In this document: positions 1 through 12,799 of the stretch, piece after piece
Position numbering within the stretch: the first letter of the stretch is position 1
Layout: every line of letters begins with the position of its first letter
NCBI RefSeq assembly: GCF_902713615.1
Contig: NC_052147.1
Location: forward strand, 235,297,758 to 235,361,757
DNA length: 64,000 nt
From: Scyliorhinus canicula
Taxonomy: Eukaryota
Direction of reading: 5' to 3'
The notes under the pieces: model-generated
Seen by the model: the letters and a program-made list of their open reading frames with translations, nothing else
Database searches by the model: none
What the model was told of the DNA's origin: nothing
Translations under genes and position numbers: made by a program

Positions 1-943
1 ACTATGCATCGCACAATGCATTGAAGTAGAAATTTTATTATATATTCCTGGTTATCATTTTAGTTTTCTTTAACCCAAAAGTGCCGTGTAAATTCTGACA
101 TTCTTTGAAATTAAACCAAAGATTTCTTTTTGGCAAGTTACTGGCCATTAAATGTTGTAAAATAGGTAATAAATATGAATATGGAGGCAAGACTGACACT
201 TCATTTTTTAAATATACCTTTGTGAAATGTGGTTTCGCAAACAGCAAAAAACTGTTTTCATAATATTTAAGCTGCATTTTGTATGTGGAATATCTTGCTA
301 ACCTTGCAGGCTTGGTGTTAAATTTGAAAGAATTAGTTCACCTCCTATGATGTTGATCCTGAAGATACTCACTCCTTAATGATGAGCATTGAAAACATAC
401 TTAAAATACTGATGCATTTTTGCCTGGAATAGAGAATAACTTTGAATTCAAATAATTCCTTTTTTTACCATCATACTTCACTAGATGTATGTTGTCATTT
501 TAACCTCCAAGATTGTGCGAGTGAAGTCTCTGATCTATAAAAATGGCTACCTATCTCTATTTGCTTGTTAGCTGTGAACTTACACAACTGACAGGTGAGC
601 CTGTCTGGTGGCTGATATATTATGGACAATGGTCAGAACTGAACTGATTTGCCATAGAGAATTATCATGTGCAACCAATGATCTTTTAGTATCTTTCTCT
701 TTTTACGGAGGATCCTTCATCATCCATTTTTTCTGCAGCAGGCAGATGATACCTCTTTATTTCTCTCAGTTGCCTCTTTTCGTGGCTGAAAACCTAGAAT
801 TTTTGCAGTTGTTCCTTACCACCTAGTCCTTTGGTACTAAGGATTAATCTTGAGGCTACTTTCTGCATGACCTCCAGTCTGATTTCCTCCTCACAAAGAC
901 CACAACTGGATACAGTATTCAATGTATGGTTGGGCTTGAATAT

Positions 944-1480
944 TGCAATTGTCTCCTTATTTGAGAAAGGATGTGGTAGCACTAGAGGAAATTCAGAGGA
1001 GGTTCACCTGATTGATTCCGGGGATAGAAGGATTGACGTATGAGGAGAAATTAAACAGTTTGGGCTTATACTTGCTGGAGTTTAGAAGAATAAGAGGGGA
1101 TCTAATCGAGGTGTATAAAATACTAAAATGGAGTGATAAAGTAAATGTAGACCAAATGTTCCCCCTTGTGGGGCAATCTAGAACGAGAGGTCACAGATAC
1201 TGGTTGAGATGTGGTAGGTTTAAAACTGAGATGAGGAGGAACTACGTCTCGCAGAGGGTGGTGAATTTGTGGAATTTGCGGTGGAATTTGAATCATTAAA
1301 TATTTTCAAGAAGGAGATAGTTACATTTCTTATTTGAAAAATGGATTAAAGGGATATGGTGAGCAGGTGAGGAGGCGGATTTGAGACCAGGAAGAGATCA
1401 GCCATGATGTGCTTCAATGGAGGAGCAGGCTCAAAGGGCTGAATTGCCTACTTCTGCTCCTAATTCCTATGTTCCCATAT
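944..1480 (+). mobile_element. CR1-clade LINE, 3' fragment
   Basis: ORF 1012-1299 (YEEKLNSLGLYLLEFRRIRGDLIEVYKI...TRGH) is the CR1 ORF2 C-terminus, followed by a 3' UTR ending in cctaattcctatgttccc. Boundaries approximate. Confidence 0.85.
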
Positions 1481-2154
1481 GACTGTCATTTAGCATTGTG
1501 TTTGCTTGTTGCTATCTTTGACTACTTGGAAATGTTAAGTTCATAGTGCACTGATGGCCTTAAGATTCCTTGTGAACTTTTTCCTCAGTTGTTTCCACAT
1601 CATTCCTGATGTATAAAATCCTGTGGCTTTTCCTTCCTGTGTGCAATGCTTATAATATAAATTTCACCCTTACATATTTTAACAAATTACATTTTTAGGT
1701 TATCAGCTGAATCCTTAGATTCAGTTGCTCTCACCTTCCTCATTTTGATATTAATTGTGAATCTGACAAGTTTGAACTGAATTTCTAAATTGTAGCTATC
1801 AATGGAAATTAGCAACCTCACAGGCTCACTTCATTGAACAATTCCCATGCCATCATCTCCCTCCTGTCTTAAGTTCCTAGCGATCATTTTCCTTTTGCCT
1901 GTGTTTCAAACATTCTAACATTATATCAATTGCTTTAAATTAAATTTTTCACCATTGAAAAATCTTTGTCAAAGGTGTTTTCGAAGTCTAGGTGAAACAT
2001 ATTGGGTGGGATTTTCCAAGTCTCACCTGTAGGGCTCCAGACATTCCCGCCCGAGGTCAACGGACCTTTGGCTTGTCTGTCATATTTACTGTCCTCCAAA
2101 AGCTGAAAAGATTGGTCATACAGAATTTTCTCTTCTGAATTTGTTTTGGTTATC

Positions 2155-2585
2155 ATTCATCAGTAGTGATTACCATATAGACAATCTCAAGTTTAGACCA
2201 GAAAATTTATTCAAATGTGCGTAAATGTTCTTTCTGTCTCCAAACGAGAGCCTTTTTTTTGCAGACAGAAAGGTCATGTACACAAATTGTGCCTGTTTCA
2301 ACTGATCAGAATAGCCGACAGCTATTCTCTGGTTAATTGCCCAGGGAGTCTTGCCAAATTAAAGTCAACCTGCCTTCTTTAAATTTAACAAAGCTTGGCA
2401 GTTAACTGTCGGTCATCAGTCAACTGGCGCATTCAGCATTACTAATCAGAGTCCACTTAGAAACCAATCAGCATTCTCTTCTCATGAATTATAAATTGTT
2501 GTTCCCTCTATATTTGGCATTCTTGTGAATGTCCTGAAGAGTGCAAGATGAAAAGCTTTAGCGATACTGAAGTTCTGTACAAATA
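2155..2585 (+). repeat. Putative Penelope-like terminal repeat with degenerate hammerhead-like motif
   Basis: CCAAT boxes and TATA-like ttataaa, then ctgaaga-gtgcaagat-gaaa-agct at 2534-2557. Boundaries uncertain. Confidence 0.4.
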
Positions 2586-2714
2586 TATTTGATGTGGTAT
2601 TGGTAATTTTATAATTTCCCAAGAGGGTTTTGTCACCTTTCGGAGCAATAAAAGTTGTGGATTCATATTTCACTCAAAATGACTGTCACCTTTCTGTTTT
2701 ATTGTGCAGCCATT

Positions 2715-3398
2715 TTAGCCAAAAAGGCTCGTTAATAAAGTGAGGCGCTGGCAGCCTTCGTGATCAGGACACTTGGCCATGGTGGTAAGTATGGGTGTTG
2801 GCACATGGTGCTTGGTGGAGAGCGAGCACATTGCCTGCTGTGGGGTTCGGTCGCCTCCGGGTGGGGGTTGGGGTGTTACAGGTGTGTGAGTTGGGGGTTG
2901 GCGCCAGCGGCACAGTGCTGCCTGCTCACGCTGAGGAGGTTGAACAGGTCTTTCGGCACTGCTGTCCAGTCCTGGCCGTCGGGCCTCCACCACCTGCGCC
3001 CAGGCCTGGTGTACGGCGGCGGGGGAGGCCTCCTTCCCACCCGGGGAACAGGGTGGCACCCCCTTTCCTCCATGGTGTCCGCCAGTGTCTTCAGCTCATT
3101 GTCCGTAACCAAGGGTGCTGCTCTCCGTGCTGCTGTCTTGTCGGCTGGGAAGAGAATGTGTGGGGAGTGAAGTGCTAATACGTGGCTGCAGCTTGTCAGC
3201 CTCTCGAGCGGCAACACCGACCCTGGCGAATTGGACACCGTTTCTCATTGAAATCAATCGTGATCCACGTGGCACCGGTGCTAGATTATTGACCGATTCT
3301 TAATTACTCCACAACCAACGCCAATTTAGTGGCCGTAGAATTTCACCGATTCAGTCCCGGCGCCAACACTTTCTTTCAAAAACAGAGAATCACAACCC
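2715..3398 (-). mobile_element. PIF/Harbinger relic: terminus plus Myb/SANT-like gene exon
   Basis: Minus-strand translation across frameshifts RRAAPLVTDNELKTLADTMEER..AWAQV..RTGQQCRK; terminus gggttgtgattctct. Confidence 0.7.
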
Positions 3399-4319
3399 TT
3401 GTGTTATTCATCTTGATTGTTTCTGAACCCAGCAGTTGTTCCCAGAAACCACCCTCTTTCTTAAACCTCCCAAATAAGATGCTTACATTTGCACCTCTTC
3501 TGCTATTGAGATTTCTAAGTGTTTACAGTCAGCTCATGTACACTTTATTGAATCTTGTAAAAAAAAATACCTGTATATGTTTCAGTATTTATCTGAGAGA
3601 ATCTCTTTAGACTTGAGATAGAAATGTAAAGAATTGATTTATTCAGCCTCTTCTCGCCTGAGACGTTTTGTGAATTTACACCTTCTGATTCTCATGGTGA
3701 CACTGTCGAAAGTGCTTTAACACAATTTATCAGGATTGAATATTTTTGAAACATTTTGTTCTATGAAAAAATACTGAAAGGAGAAATTCCAGTGGGATTG
3801 GCACATGCTTTCCAATAAGCTAATTCCTGTAAAATAATTGTTCCTATTGTTAGAGCCCTTCCTGTCTATTTCCTTTGTTCCCAGTTATTTTATTTTATTG
3901 TTTTGGTATGAGGATCAATAATTGGGCCTTTAAGTATAGCGAGGAAAAAGGAATATTCAAAGTTTAAACCAACTTGCTTGCCAGGATATCATATTCTCAG
4001 GCTTTGTATTTGGGAGAAGGAGAAGCCAGCTTCTTTGGCACCAAGTAAATGGGAGGAACCAATTTTGGAGGGAATTAGTTTAATTGGTTAATTGGCAACC
4101 AATTGGTTGGCCTGGGGCAGTATTCTGCCTGACAACAGTCAGCGATTGGTTCCTGCTGGGTGATGCTTCTGAGAGAAAATTTCAGAAGTGATCAGACCTC
4201 AGAAGTGAAGGGAGCTGTTTTTTTCTGTCTGCTGCCTCTTGCCTGTAGGTGGAAGATGAAGTTCCTTTAAATGTATCAAAACCACCAGCTGTTGCCCTCC
4301 AGGGACTGAAGTAGAAGAC

Positions 4320-4505
4320 ATGCTGCGAGGTTCTCCGTAGGTGGGATCCCCCACTTTTCCGGCAGTGCACCCACATCCCCGGGTTTCCCAACGGTGTGGG
4401 ATGGCCACAATGGAAAACCCCATTGGCCAGCTGCCGGAACAGAAGACCCCGCTACCGGTGGGGGCATGCTGTGCTGGAGAATGGAGCTGGTTGGACGGAG
4501 AATCT
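4320..4505. mobile_element. Harbinger-type MITE inside the solo LTR
   Basis: GC-rich block with imperfect inverted ends (ggttctccgt...acggagaatc). Confidence 0.5.
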
Positions 4506-4835
4506 GATCTACTGTTTTGAAAGCAGTGAGAGTCTAGCTTTGCTGTGAACCTGAAATGGTGCTGATCCTGCAGGGAAGGTAGACAACCCAGTCTGAGAAG
4601 GTCCTATCAAGCCTCAAGGAAAGGAAGTACCAAACCGGAAGCCTGAAAGACAGAATCAAATATCCTATCCTTCTATTTTATTAGTATGTTCTTGGCCATT
4701 CCACCACCCTTTCCCCTCTGTGTGGTTTGTCTGTGTGTGAAGAGTGGGGCGAGTTAGAAAAAGGGGTAGGGTTGGGAAATGGGTAGTAGACAGCTGTGCT
4801 TGTTTATTTAAAGATATTGCTGAGAATAAAAGGTT

Positions 4836-5148
4836 GTAATAATAATAATCCTTATTAGTGTCACAAGTAGGCTTACATTGACACTGCAATGAAGTTACTG
4901 TGAAAATCCCCTCATCGTCACATTCTGGTGCCTGTTCGGGTACACTGAGGGAGAATTCAGAATGTCCAATTCACCTAACAAGCACGTCTTTTGGGACTCG
5001 TGGGAGGAAACCAGAGCACCCAGAGGAAACCCACGCAGACACGGGGAGAACGTGCAGATTCCGCAGAGACAGTGACCCAAGTTGGGAATCGAACCTGGAT
5101 CCCTGGAGCTGTAAAGCAACAGTGCTAACCACTGTGCTACGTGCTGCC
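4836..5148 (-). mobile_element. tRNA-derived V-SINE (HE1-like) with (TTA)n tail
   Basis: Reverse complement has A box/B box (ggttcgattccc), the V-domain tgggtttcctctgggtgctctggtttcctcccac and a TTA tail. Confidence 0.9.
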
Positions 5149-5461
5149 TAACTCATGTTTTGAAGTTACAACCTGATGACTGTAGTTTATGGGACTTAAA
5201 CAAAGACTTTGGGTATTTAGATGAATCAAAAATCACTGGTGTGACTCTGGGTCAGGTGGGGCAGGAATTGGACGTGCACTAGCCCAGGGTGTCATAACAC
5301 TATGTAACTTCCTTATACGACAGGATACATACAGTTGTGTGTGACAACCGAGATTAAATTCAGTTATCTGACTGTCATTTACAAACATTTTAAAATAGTT
5401 TCACAATCTCTCTCATGGACAAATCTCATCTTTTTTTAGATTGTTACCTTTTATAGATAAA

Positions 5462-6435
5462 GAATGGAATCTTCCACCTCTAAACTGTGCCATATCGGAT
5501 CAGTGGCGGGTTTCCGGCTGATTGGCAGGCTGGGTTCTCACACCTGATTTTCCGCTTGAAACCTCATTCATTATGCATAGATGGGCTGCTCACCAAATGA
5601 TGTGGCAGGGAGGACATTGATTCATCCGCTGGCCATCACCCCATGGGGTTGAAGTTCCTGGTTACATATTTAAATGCCACTCAAGCACACGCATTACTCT
5701 CTGCAGCCCAGCTGTGTGAACAAGAAACGTGCGCCAAGGTTCTAGTCACTGCTCCTTGGAGGCTTTAACTCAAGGTGTCCGCCAGCATTGGGAGGTTTTT
5801 GAAAAGGATGGATCCAAGAGGTCTACCAACCTCATCTTGGTGGCCTTGGAGGTGTTCGCAAAGGCAGTCAGCTCTGCCGGCAAGCGCCAGATAATGCCAT
5901 TCAGGACAGAAAGAGGATGAATGATCTCATCTGCATTGCCAGGGTAAGTCAACCTTCATCTCATTCCAAGCACACACACTCATCATGGCATCATGCAGTC
6001 AAAGTATCACACAGCTCAGGGATCTCACACAATGTTAGCAGGGGAGAGATCAGCATTGTTTGCTTATTCACAGCATTTAATCCATCACCTTGCACAAACA
6101 GCACCTTCAGCTGATACATGGTGGGGTGGGGGGGGGGGGGGAACTTCAGCACACACAGCAGGACGCATGCATCCTAACCTCTGCTTCATATCTTTTCATT
6201 ACCTCCCATTTATTTGTCTTCACACAGGCCAAGCTTGCCCACAACAAGAGAGAGAGATCCCAAACTGGAGGAGACGTGGCGAACATCCAGGAACTCTCCA
6301 GATTTGAGGAGGATTCTTCTAGGTTGGCAGGGTAGGACCGAGATCCCTCTGTGGTGAAGGTGAGGTCAGCTTATCCCAGAACACTAGAATGGATGAACCC
6401 TCCGTGAGTTGATCACATTCTGACATTCACGGTGA
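5462..6435 (+). mobile_element. Harbinger relic with intron-containing Myb/SANT gene
   Basis: Exon ending RKRMNDLICIAR|gtaagt (about 5943); second exon after cacag| AKLAHNKRERSQTGG (about 6228). Confidence 0.7.
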
Positions 6436-7193
6436 GTGCTGTGCAATTTTTCCTGTGAAGGAAACTGGATTTCCGATAGGTAAAAGGGTAATTGATTTAG
6501 CCATTTTAAAGTAAATACTAAAGCCCATCATATAACTTCAAGCATAACAGATTACAAATACACATAGCTTGCAGAATTTGCAGTGGCAAAACACAGAATC
6601 TGAAAAATTTATAAAAGCTAGCGAAAGCTTATGCAACATTTTACTGATATCATAAACTGACCATTGTTCTAATAGCAAAAGCTATGCAGCCATACCCAAG
6701 GTCGCCATGACTACATGAACACACCATCGTTCAGAATTCAGATAAAAGTACAGTCAGCAATAAACCAGCAAAAACTAGAATTGATGAAGAGGATATATTA
6801 CATTCCAACACACAAACATCTACAAATGCAATATATCCGAATATGTGTTGCGCATTGATGACTGACAACTAACCATCCAACCAAATGAGTTTGAAACCCA
6901 TCCAAGCCAATCAGCACATTGCAGGGGTAGGGACAGATGGAGTCAGACTGATAACATTCTCCTTAAACATAGGTGTTCGGGAAGCCATTTTTCACCCAGG
7001 ATCACTCTATAGTTTTCACTTAATTATGCGCTATCCTTATTTCGTATTTACATTTTTCCACTCCAACTCTGGAAGATCGTGCAAGCTATTTTGCTTTAAG
7101 CAAAGAACCGTTACTGTATTTTTGAAAGTTAAATTTGTTGTAAATTATTAATCCAATTATTTCTCTTAAAGCCTTTTTGCTGGCAAGGGCTTT

Positions 7194-7885
7194 TTGGATG
7201 GAGAGCCGGCCGTCCAACAGGCCGATGAGGAGGTGCAAAGGAGGCACTGCATGAGGCTCCGTTTGGATCGAGAGTACCGGTCATTCATGAACCGGATGGA
7301 ATGGGCATGCCGTCGAAGACTGCAGCTGAGCAGAGCGACAGTGCGACATATCTGTCAGATGATGGCACACCTGGTACTGCAGGGGAATGGCGGAGGACAC
7401 ATGTTCCTGGTGGCCATCAAGGTGATGGTTGCCCTGAATGTCTACGTCACAGGGTTCTTCCAGGCGCCAAGGTGGGGACTTGTCTGGGATCTCATAGAGC
7501 TCGGTGCACAGGTGTGTCCACATCATCACAAAGGCTCGATATGCCCAGTCGGCACAGTACATTCACTTCAATGTGGACCGAACCCACCAGAATGCCCAGG
7601 CAGTGGCGTTCGCCACCACCACCGAGATGCCCCTGGTCCAGGGTGTGATGCATGTCGCTCTACGAGCACCGGCCCATAACTAACCGGTGTTTCACAAATT
7701 GAAAGGGGTTCCACTCGAAGAATGCGCAGCTGGTGTGTGATCATAAGCAGCACATCATGTACGCCTGTGCCCAATACCTGGGCAGTGTGCACGACGCCTT
7801 CATCCTTGCACACTCGGTTCCTGCCGTCTTTGAGGCAGCCCCCTGGCTGGGGGGTGGGGTTGGCTTCTGGGTGACAGGGGTTAGC
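7194..7885 (+). pseudogene. Harbinger (HARBI1-like) DDE transposase fragment
   Basis: CRRRLQLSRATVRHIC..KVMVALNVYVTGFFQ..KGFHSKNAQLVCDH..GSVHDAFIL motifs; frameshifted and truncated. Confidence 0.85.
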
Positions 7886-8320
7886 CACTGTGGTAGTGGC
7901 TGATGGCACTGTTGCGGTGAGGAGCCGCAGGTCTGGCAGTCCCTCTCCAGTCTTCTCCCGGTCTTCTCCTGGGAGGGGGGGACACAGAAAATGCACAATG
8001 TTAGACAGTCTGACGCATGCAGCCCAGGGTGTGGGTAGCTAGTGGCTTCAGTGGCCAGAGGTCCCAGCCATGGCGGCTGCTTTGGGTGTCTGCATGTGGT
8101 GTGGGGTGGGGGTTCGGCAGCTTACCAGTTAGGGGAAGGTGGGGGTGGTTAGGAGTGAGTGGGATGGGTTTGGTACTAGGGGCACAGTGCTACCTACCTC
8201 ACTCTGGCCACCCTGAGGAGTTTGTGCAACTTTTTCCAGCACTGTTGGCCCATCTGAACTGTGTTGCCCATGGCACTGACCACCTCTGCCAGCTGCATCC
8301 AGGCCTAGTGAACGGCGCCG
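7886..8320 (-). mobile_element. Harbinger Myb/SANT gene fragment convergent with the transposase
   Basis: QQCWKKLHKLLRVAR|gtgagg, intron, then cag|EK..REKTGEGLPDLRLLT. Confidence 0.7.
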
Positions 8321-8322
8321 CT

Positions 8323-8634
8323 GGCAGCACGGTAGCACAAGTGAATAGCACTGTGGCTTCACAGCGCCAGGGTCCCAGATTCGATTCCCCGCTGAGTCAC
8401 TGTCTGTTTGGAGTCTGCACGTTCTCCCCGTGTCTGCATGGGTTTCCTCCGGGTGCTCCGGTTTCCTCCCACAGTCCAAAGACATGCAGGTTAGGTGGAT
8501 TGGTCATGATAAATTGCCCTTCGTGACCAAAATGGTTAGGAGGGGTTAGTGGGTTTGGGGGATAGTGTGGAAGTGAGGGCTTAAGTGGGTCAGTGCAGGC
8601 TCGATGGGCCGAATGGCTTCCTTCTGCACTGTAA
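8323..8634 (+). mobile_element. V-SINE (HE1-like)
   Basis: ggcagcacggtagcacaagtg..B box..V-domain..CR1-derived tail gatgggccgaatggcttccttctgcactgta. Confidence 0.9.
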
Positions 8635-9049
8635 GTTCCAGGTGTGTGCTTGGTTCCCAGGGAGTTCTCAGGTGCCACAACACTTCGAGCCTCCTGCCCA
8701 TCTACATTGATGGAACTGAGAGATGAGGGGTTTGTGCCCAAGGCATGGCTGATGACACTGGAGTGGACTCCTCAAATTTCAGCCATGGATCAACATAATA
8801 GATGTTTGAGCATATGATCAGTTTGTTAAAAATGTGGTCCCACTGCTTGGATAGCTCCAGCAGAGCTCTACAACATATACCTCAAAGAGTCTCCAAGATA
8901 ATCATTGTTTCTTGCATGATGCCCCACAGAGAAGGAGGCCTTGCTGACTACTGACCTGAGGGGCCACATTCTTCATCTGATGAAGAGGATGGAGAGGAGG
9001 GAGTAGAGCAGGTAGGTCAGTGGGTTGAAGTTCCTGCACGTACTCAGGG

Positions 9050-9270
9050 GGAGTGTTTCTTCCTATCTACCCTGCCTGTGTCCTTCATAATTTTGTACTC
9101 CTTAGTCAGGTCCCCCCCCCTCCTCAGCCTTCTCTGCTCTAAGGAGAACAACCCCAACCTAACCAGTCTCTCTTCATAGCTGCAATGCTCCAGCCCAGGC
9201 AATATCCTGGTGGATTTCCTTTGCTCCCTTTCTAGTGCAATCACACCCTTTGTATAGTGTGGCTGTGGTA
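9050..9270 (-). mobile_element. CR1 LINE fragment
   Basis: ORF 9044-9307: SYEERLVRLGLFSLEQRRLR. Confidence 0.8.
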
Positions 9271-9419
9271 TTTTTAAAGGATAGGCTTGCAGACCACAAA
9301 GGTACAAACAAACAAAAACCCTTAAAGCTGTTCGGCTAGACTGCTTGTTGAACCATGCAAACGGCCGATGATGTGATCAATACATCACGTGATCGAACTC
9401 TTCCAAATGGCAACAATTT

Positions 9420-9647
9420 TAAAAAAAATCAATTTAGAGTAACCAATTCATTTTTTCCAATTAAGGGGCAATTTATTGTGGCCAATCCACCTAGCCTGTA
9501 CATCTTTGGGTTGTGGGGGTGAAACCCACGCAAACACGGGGAGAATGTGCAAACTCCACGCGGACAGTGACCCAGAGCCGGGATCGAACCTGGGACCTCG
9601 GCGTCGTGAGGCAGCAGGGCTAACCCACTGTGCCACCGTGCTGCCCC
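9420..9647 (-). mobile_element. Short V-SINE variant
   Basis: Reverse-complement tRNA head (gggcagcacggtggcacagtggg) plus a shortened V-domain. Confidence 0.85.
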
Positions 9648-9679
9648 TAACTGGGAACAAACATGAATATAAAATAGTG

Positions 9680-10120
9680 GCGAACAGAAATTTATGCAAT
9701 ACTCCAGCTGTGACCTACCAAGCGCTTTGTGCAGTGTCATTATAACCTCCCTTTCTTATATTCTATGCCTTGGCTAATAAAGACAAGTATCCCATATGTC
9801 TTTTTAACTATCTTATGTACCTGTTCTGCTGCCTTCAGGAACTTATGAACTTGGATAATTGTGAAGTAATGCACTTTGGAAGATCCTCCAGCCAAGTTTG
9901 AGGTAATGCACTTTGGAAGGTCCAATGCATATGGAATTACACTTGCGAGTACTGACAGGCAGAGAGATCTGGATGTGCATGTCCAACGATCACTGAAAGT
10001 GGCAACGCATATGGATACTGTGGTCAAGAAGGCATACGGCATGCTGGCCTTCATCGGTCGGGCATTGAATATAAAAATTGGCAAATCATGTTGCAGCTGT
10101 ACAGGACCTTAGTTCGGCCT

Positions 10121-10152
<32 letters not shown>

Positions 10153-10677
10153 ACACTACCAGAAGGCTGTGGATGCTTTGGAGAGGGCGCAGAAGTGGTT
10201 TACTAGGATGTTGCCTGGTATGGAGGCCATTAGATATGAGGAGAGGTTAGATAAACTCGGTCTGTTCTCACTGGAACGTCAGAGGTTGAGAGGCGACCTG
10301 GTCGAGGTCTACAAGATTATGAATGGCATGGACAGAGTGGATAGTCAGATGCTCTTTCCTAGGGTAGGAGAGTCAAGTACTAGGGGGACATAGGTTAAAG
10401 TGCATGGGGGAAAGTTTAGGACAGAAGTGCGGGGCAAGCTTTTTACACAGAGGGTGGTAAATATATGGAACGCTTCCCTGGGGAGGTGGTGGGAGCAGGT
10501 ATGACAGCAGCATTTAAGGGACATCTAGACAAATATATGAATAGGGTGGAAATGGAAGTATACGGACTCCGTAAGTGCAGATGGTTTTAGTTTAGGCAGG
10601 TACTATGGTCGGCGCAGGCTTTGAGGGCCAATGGGCCTGTTCCTGTGCTGTATTGTTCTTTCTTCTTTGTTCTTTGC
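9680..10677. mobile_element. Two CR1 fragments: minus strand 9680-9860 and plus-strand 3' end 9860-10677
   Basis: ORFs 9876-10112 and 10088-10393 (LYRTLVRPHLEYCVQFWSP); tail tgttctttcttctttgttctttg. Confidence 0.85.
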
Positions 10678-10688
10678 ACCCCAATATC

Positions 10689-11039
10689 TAGAACTAGAAC
10701 TAGAACTAGTACAGTACAACACAGAACAGGCCCTTCGGCCCTCGATGTTGTGCTGAGCAATGATCACCCTACTCAAGCCCACATATCCACCCTATACCAG
10801 TAACCCAACAACCCCCATTAACCTTATTTTTTAGGACACTAAGGGCAATTTAGCCTGGCCAATCCACCTAACCCGCAAATCTTTGGACTGTGGGAGGAAA
10901 CCGGAGCACCCGGAGGAAACCCACGCACACACGGGGAGGACGTGCAGACTCCGCACAGACAGTGACCCAGCCGGGATTCGAACCTGGGACCCTGGAGCTG
11001 TGAAGCATTGATACTAACCACCATGCTACCGTGCTGCCC
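10689..11039 (-). mobile_element. V-SINE with CR1-type tail
   Basis: Highly similar to copies at 29018-29353 and 53113-53449; tail (agaact)n. Confidence 0.9.
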
Positions 11040-11335
11040 ATCTCTCAGGTCCTCTGTACTTTTGAGCATCCTACCGTTCATTGTACAGTCGCTTGTCTTG
11101 CTACCTCTCCCAAAATGCATCACCTCACACTTTCCAGGGTTAAATTCCATTTGCCACTGTTCTGCCCATCTGACCAGCCCGTCTTTATCACCCTGTAATC
11201 TAAGGCTTTCCTCCTTGCTGTTTACCACATCACCAATTTTTGTCATCACAAGCCAACTGATCATACTCGCCACATTCCCAACTAGATCATTAATGTACAT
11301 TATAAACAGCAAGGGACCCAATACCGATCCCGAAG
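11040..11335 (-). mobile_element. CR1 RT fragment
   Basis: GPLLFIMYINDL..WAEQWQMEFNPGKCEVMHFG. Confidence 0.85.
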
Positions 11336-11559
11336 TGCCTCAGAATGTTTTCTGATTATGTTGCTACCACTGATGTTAGACAGTAATTATCTGTTTTATT
11401 TTGCCTACTTCCCTTCTTGAATAATGGTACCACATGTCCTCTACCCTTAGGAAGATCCAATAGGGAGACTAACCTCACCTCTCAAATTCCAAGACGGTGC
11501 TGGAGTGAGGCGACTTCTTGCAAGCTGTGCCCAGCATACCCTCTAATTCTATCTTTGAC

Positions 11560-11805
11560 TCTCGTTCTATGCTTCTAAAACTTAATTCTAACTCTTTTAA
11601 GCTGTCTAACAATGTTTGAATTACCTACTTTGTATTAAGTTGATCTTTTCTCTGTAACTCTATAACTGTAACATTGTATTCTGCAGTCTCTCCTTCCTTC
11701 CCTATGTACGGCATGCATTGTTTGTACAGCATGCAAGAAACAATACTTTTTCACTGTATACTAATACATGTGACAATAATCAATCAAATCAAATCAAAAT
11801 CAAAT
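11560..11805 (+). mobile_element. LINE 3' end (Rex1/Babar-like tail)
   Basis: caatactttttcactgtatac..tgtgacaataat followed by (caaat)n; resembles the tail at 63376-63440. Confidence 0.6.
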
Positions 11806-12090
11806 CTCTGGCCTGGGAAACCGTCACCCAAGAGGTTAGTGCCTGGTGCCAGGAGCGTCACACATTGAAGGAAACAGATGAATGATAGCATCTGCTCAGC
11901 CAGGGTATGTCCTCTCTCAGTTCCCTCCGCTATCAAACATGGAACCATGTACTCACACAGCGACTCTCCTCACAGATCTCATGCATTTCTTAGTGGGGGA
12001 CATAATTCTCTCAATGATACTTTCATATCACCACCACACTATCTGCCATATTGCTCACTCTCCATCTCGGAAGGCTCACCTCTTTGCATA
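11806..12090 (+). mobile_element. Harbinger Myb/SANT exon-intron fragment
   Basis: AWETVTQEVSA..RKQMNDSICSAR|gtatgt; same splice position as at about 5943. Confidence 0.6.
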
Positions 12091-12799
12091 GTCAGACTGT
12101 GAAGGGCACAGCAAACTGTAATCATACGGGAAACCCTCTTTGGTGCATATTACAGAGAGCCACCTGAGCAATCCATGCATTTGAATCGCTTCTTCAGAAG
12201 TGAAGTTCAGGAAGAAAGTGAAAATCAAATGCAACCAAAAGTGTGCTGGTATTACAGAATCTACCTGTATATCTGGGTCTTTGATTAAGACAAATCAATC
12301 AATATCTCAGCCCCAACCATTAAATGGAACTGACAGTGAAAGTCGAAGTTCTTTGGCATATTGATGTTCAGAGAGCGGAGTCAAGCTGATAGAAATGAAA
12401 GGAGATACCATGGCAGAAAGCAAATTAAGCCTGATTGGTTAATTGAAAGCCTATGGGAAGGAAGGAGAAAACAAATCTTGTTTTTTTCATTATTTCTTGT
12501 CAAATGATGATATTTTTGTTAAATGCAGATTGGCTTTAATAATATTTTAAAATATAAATTACTCTGGTGTTATCAGTCATTAATATTTTGGTTGCAATTA
12601 CAGTAGAAACCCAAGCTGCTAAATTTCAGATATTGTTGATGTTGGTTTATCCTGTTCTGGGAAATTATGTATATATACTACTTTCCATTTTAATGTATAA
12701 GTTTATTTTTTAAGTTAGTTCAATAATGATTTTCTGCAGCTGAGTTAATCTTGTTTCATGAAATACACCACTCTGAGGTGACTATCTGAACTGGTGGAT

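Larger units (their letters stand above)
3848..5299. mobile_element. Solo LTR carrying a MITE and a SINE insertion
   Basis: Termini TGTTA...TAACA with 4-bp TSD CTAT (3844-3847 and 5300-5303); internal aataaa. Confidence 0.75.

Noticed and set aside
6454-7185. Possible solo LTR (TG...CA)
   Set aside because: No TSD and no second copy in the window; left unassigned.
8323-8400. tRNA genes suggested by A/B boxes
   Set aside because: All are SINE heads continuing into V-domain bodies; no complete cloverleaf was seen.
12157-12290. Possible host exon after ttacag
   Set aside because: No recognisable protein and no convincing donor; cannot be supported.
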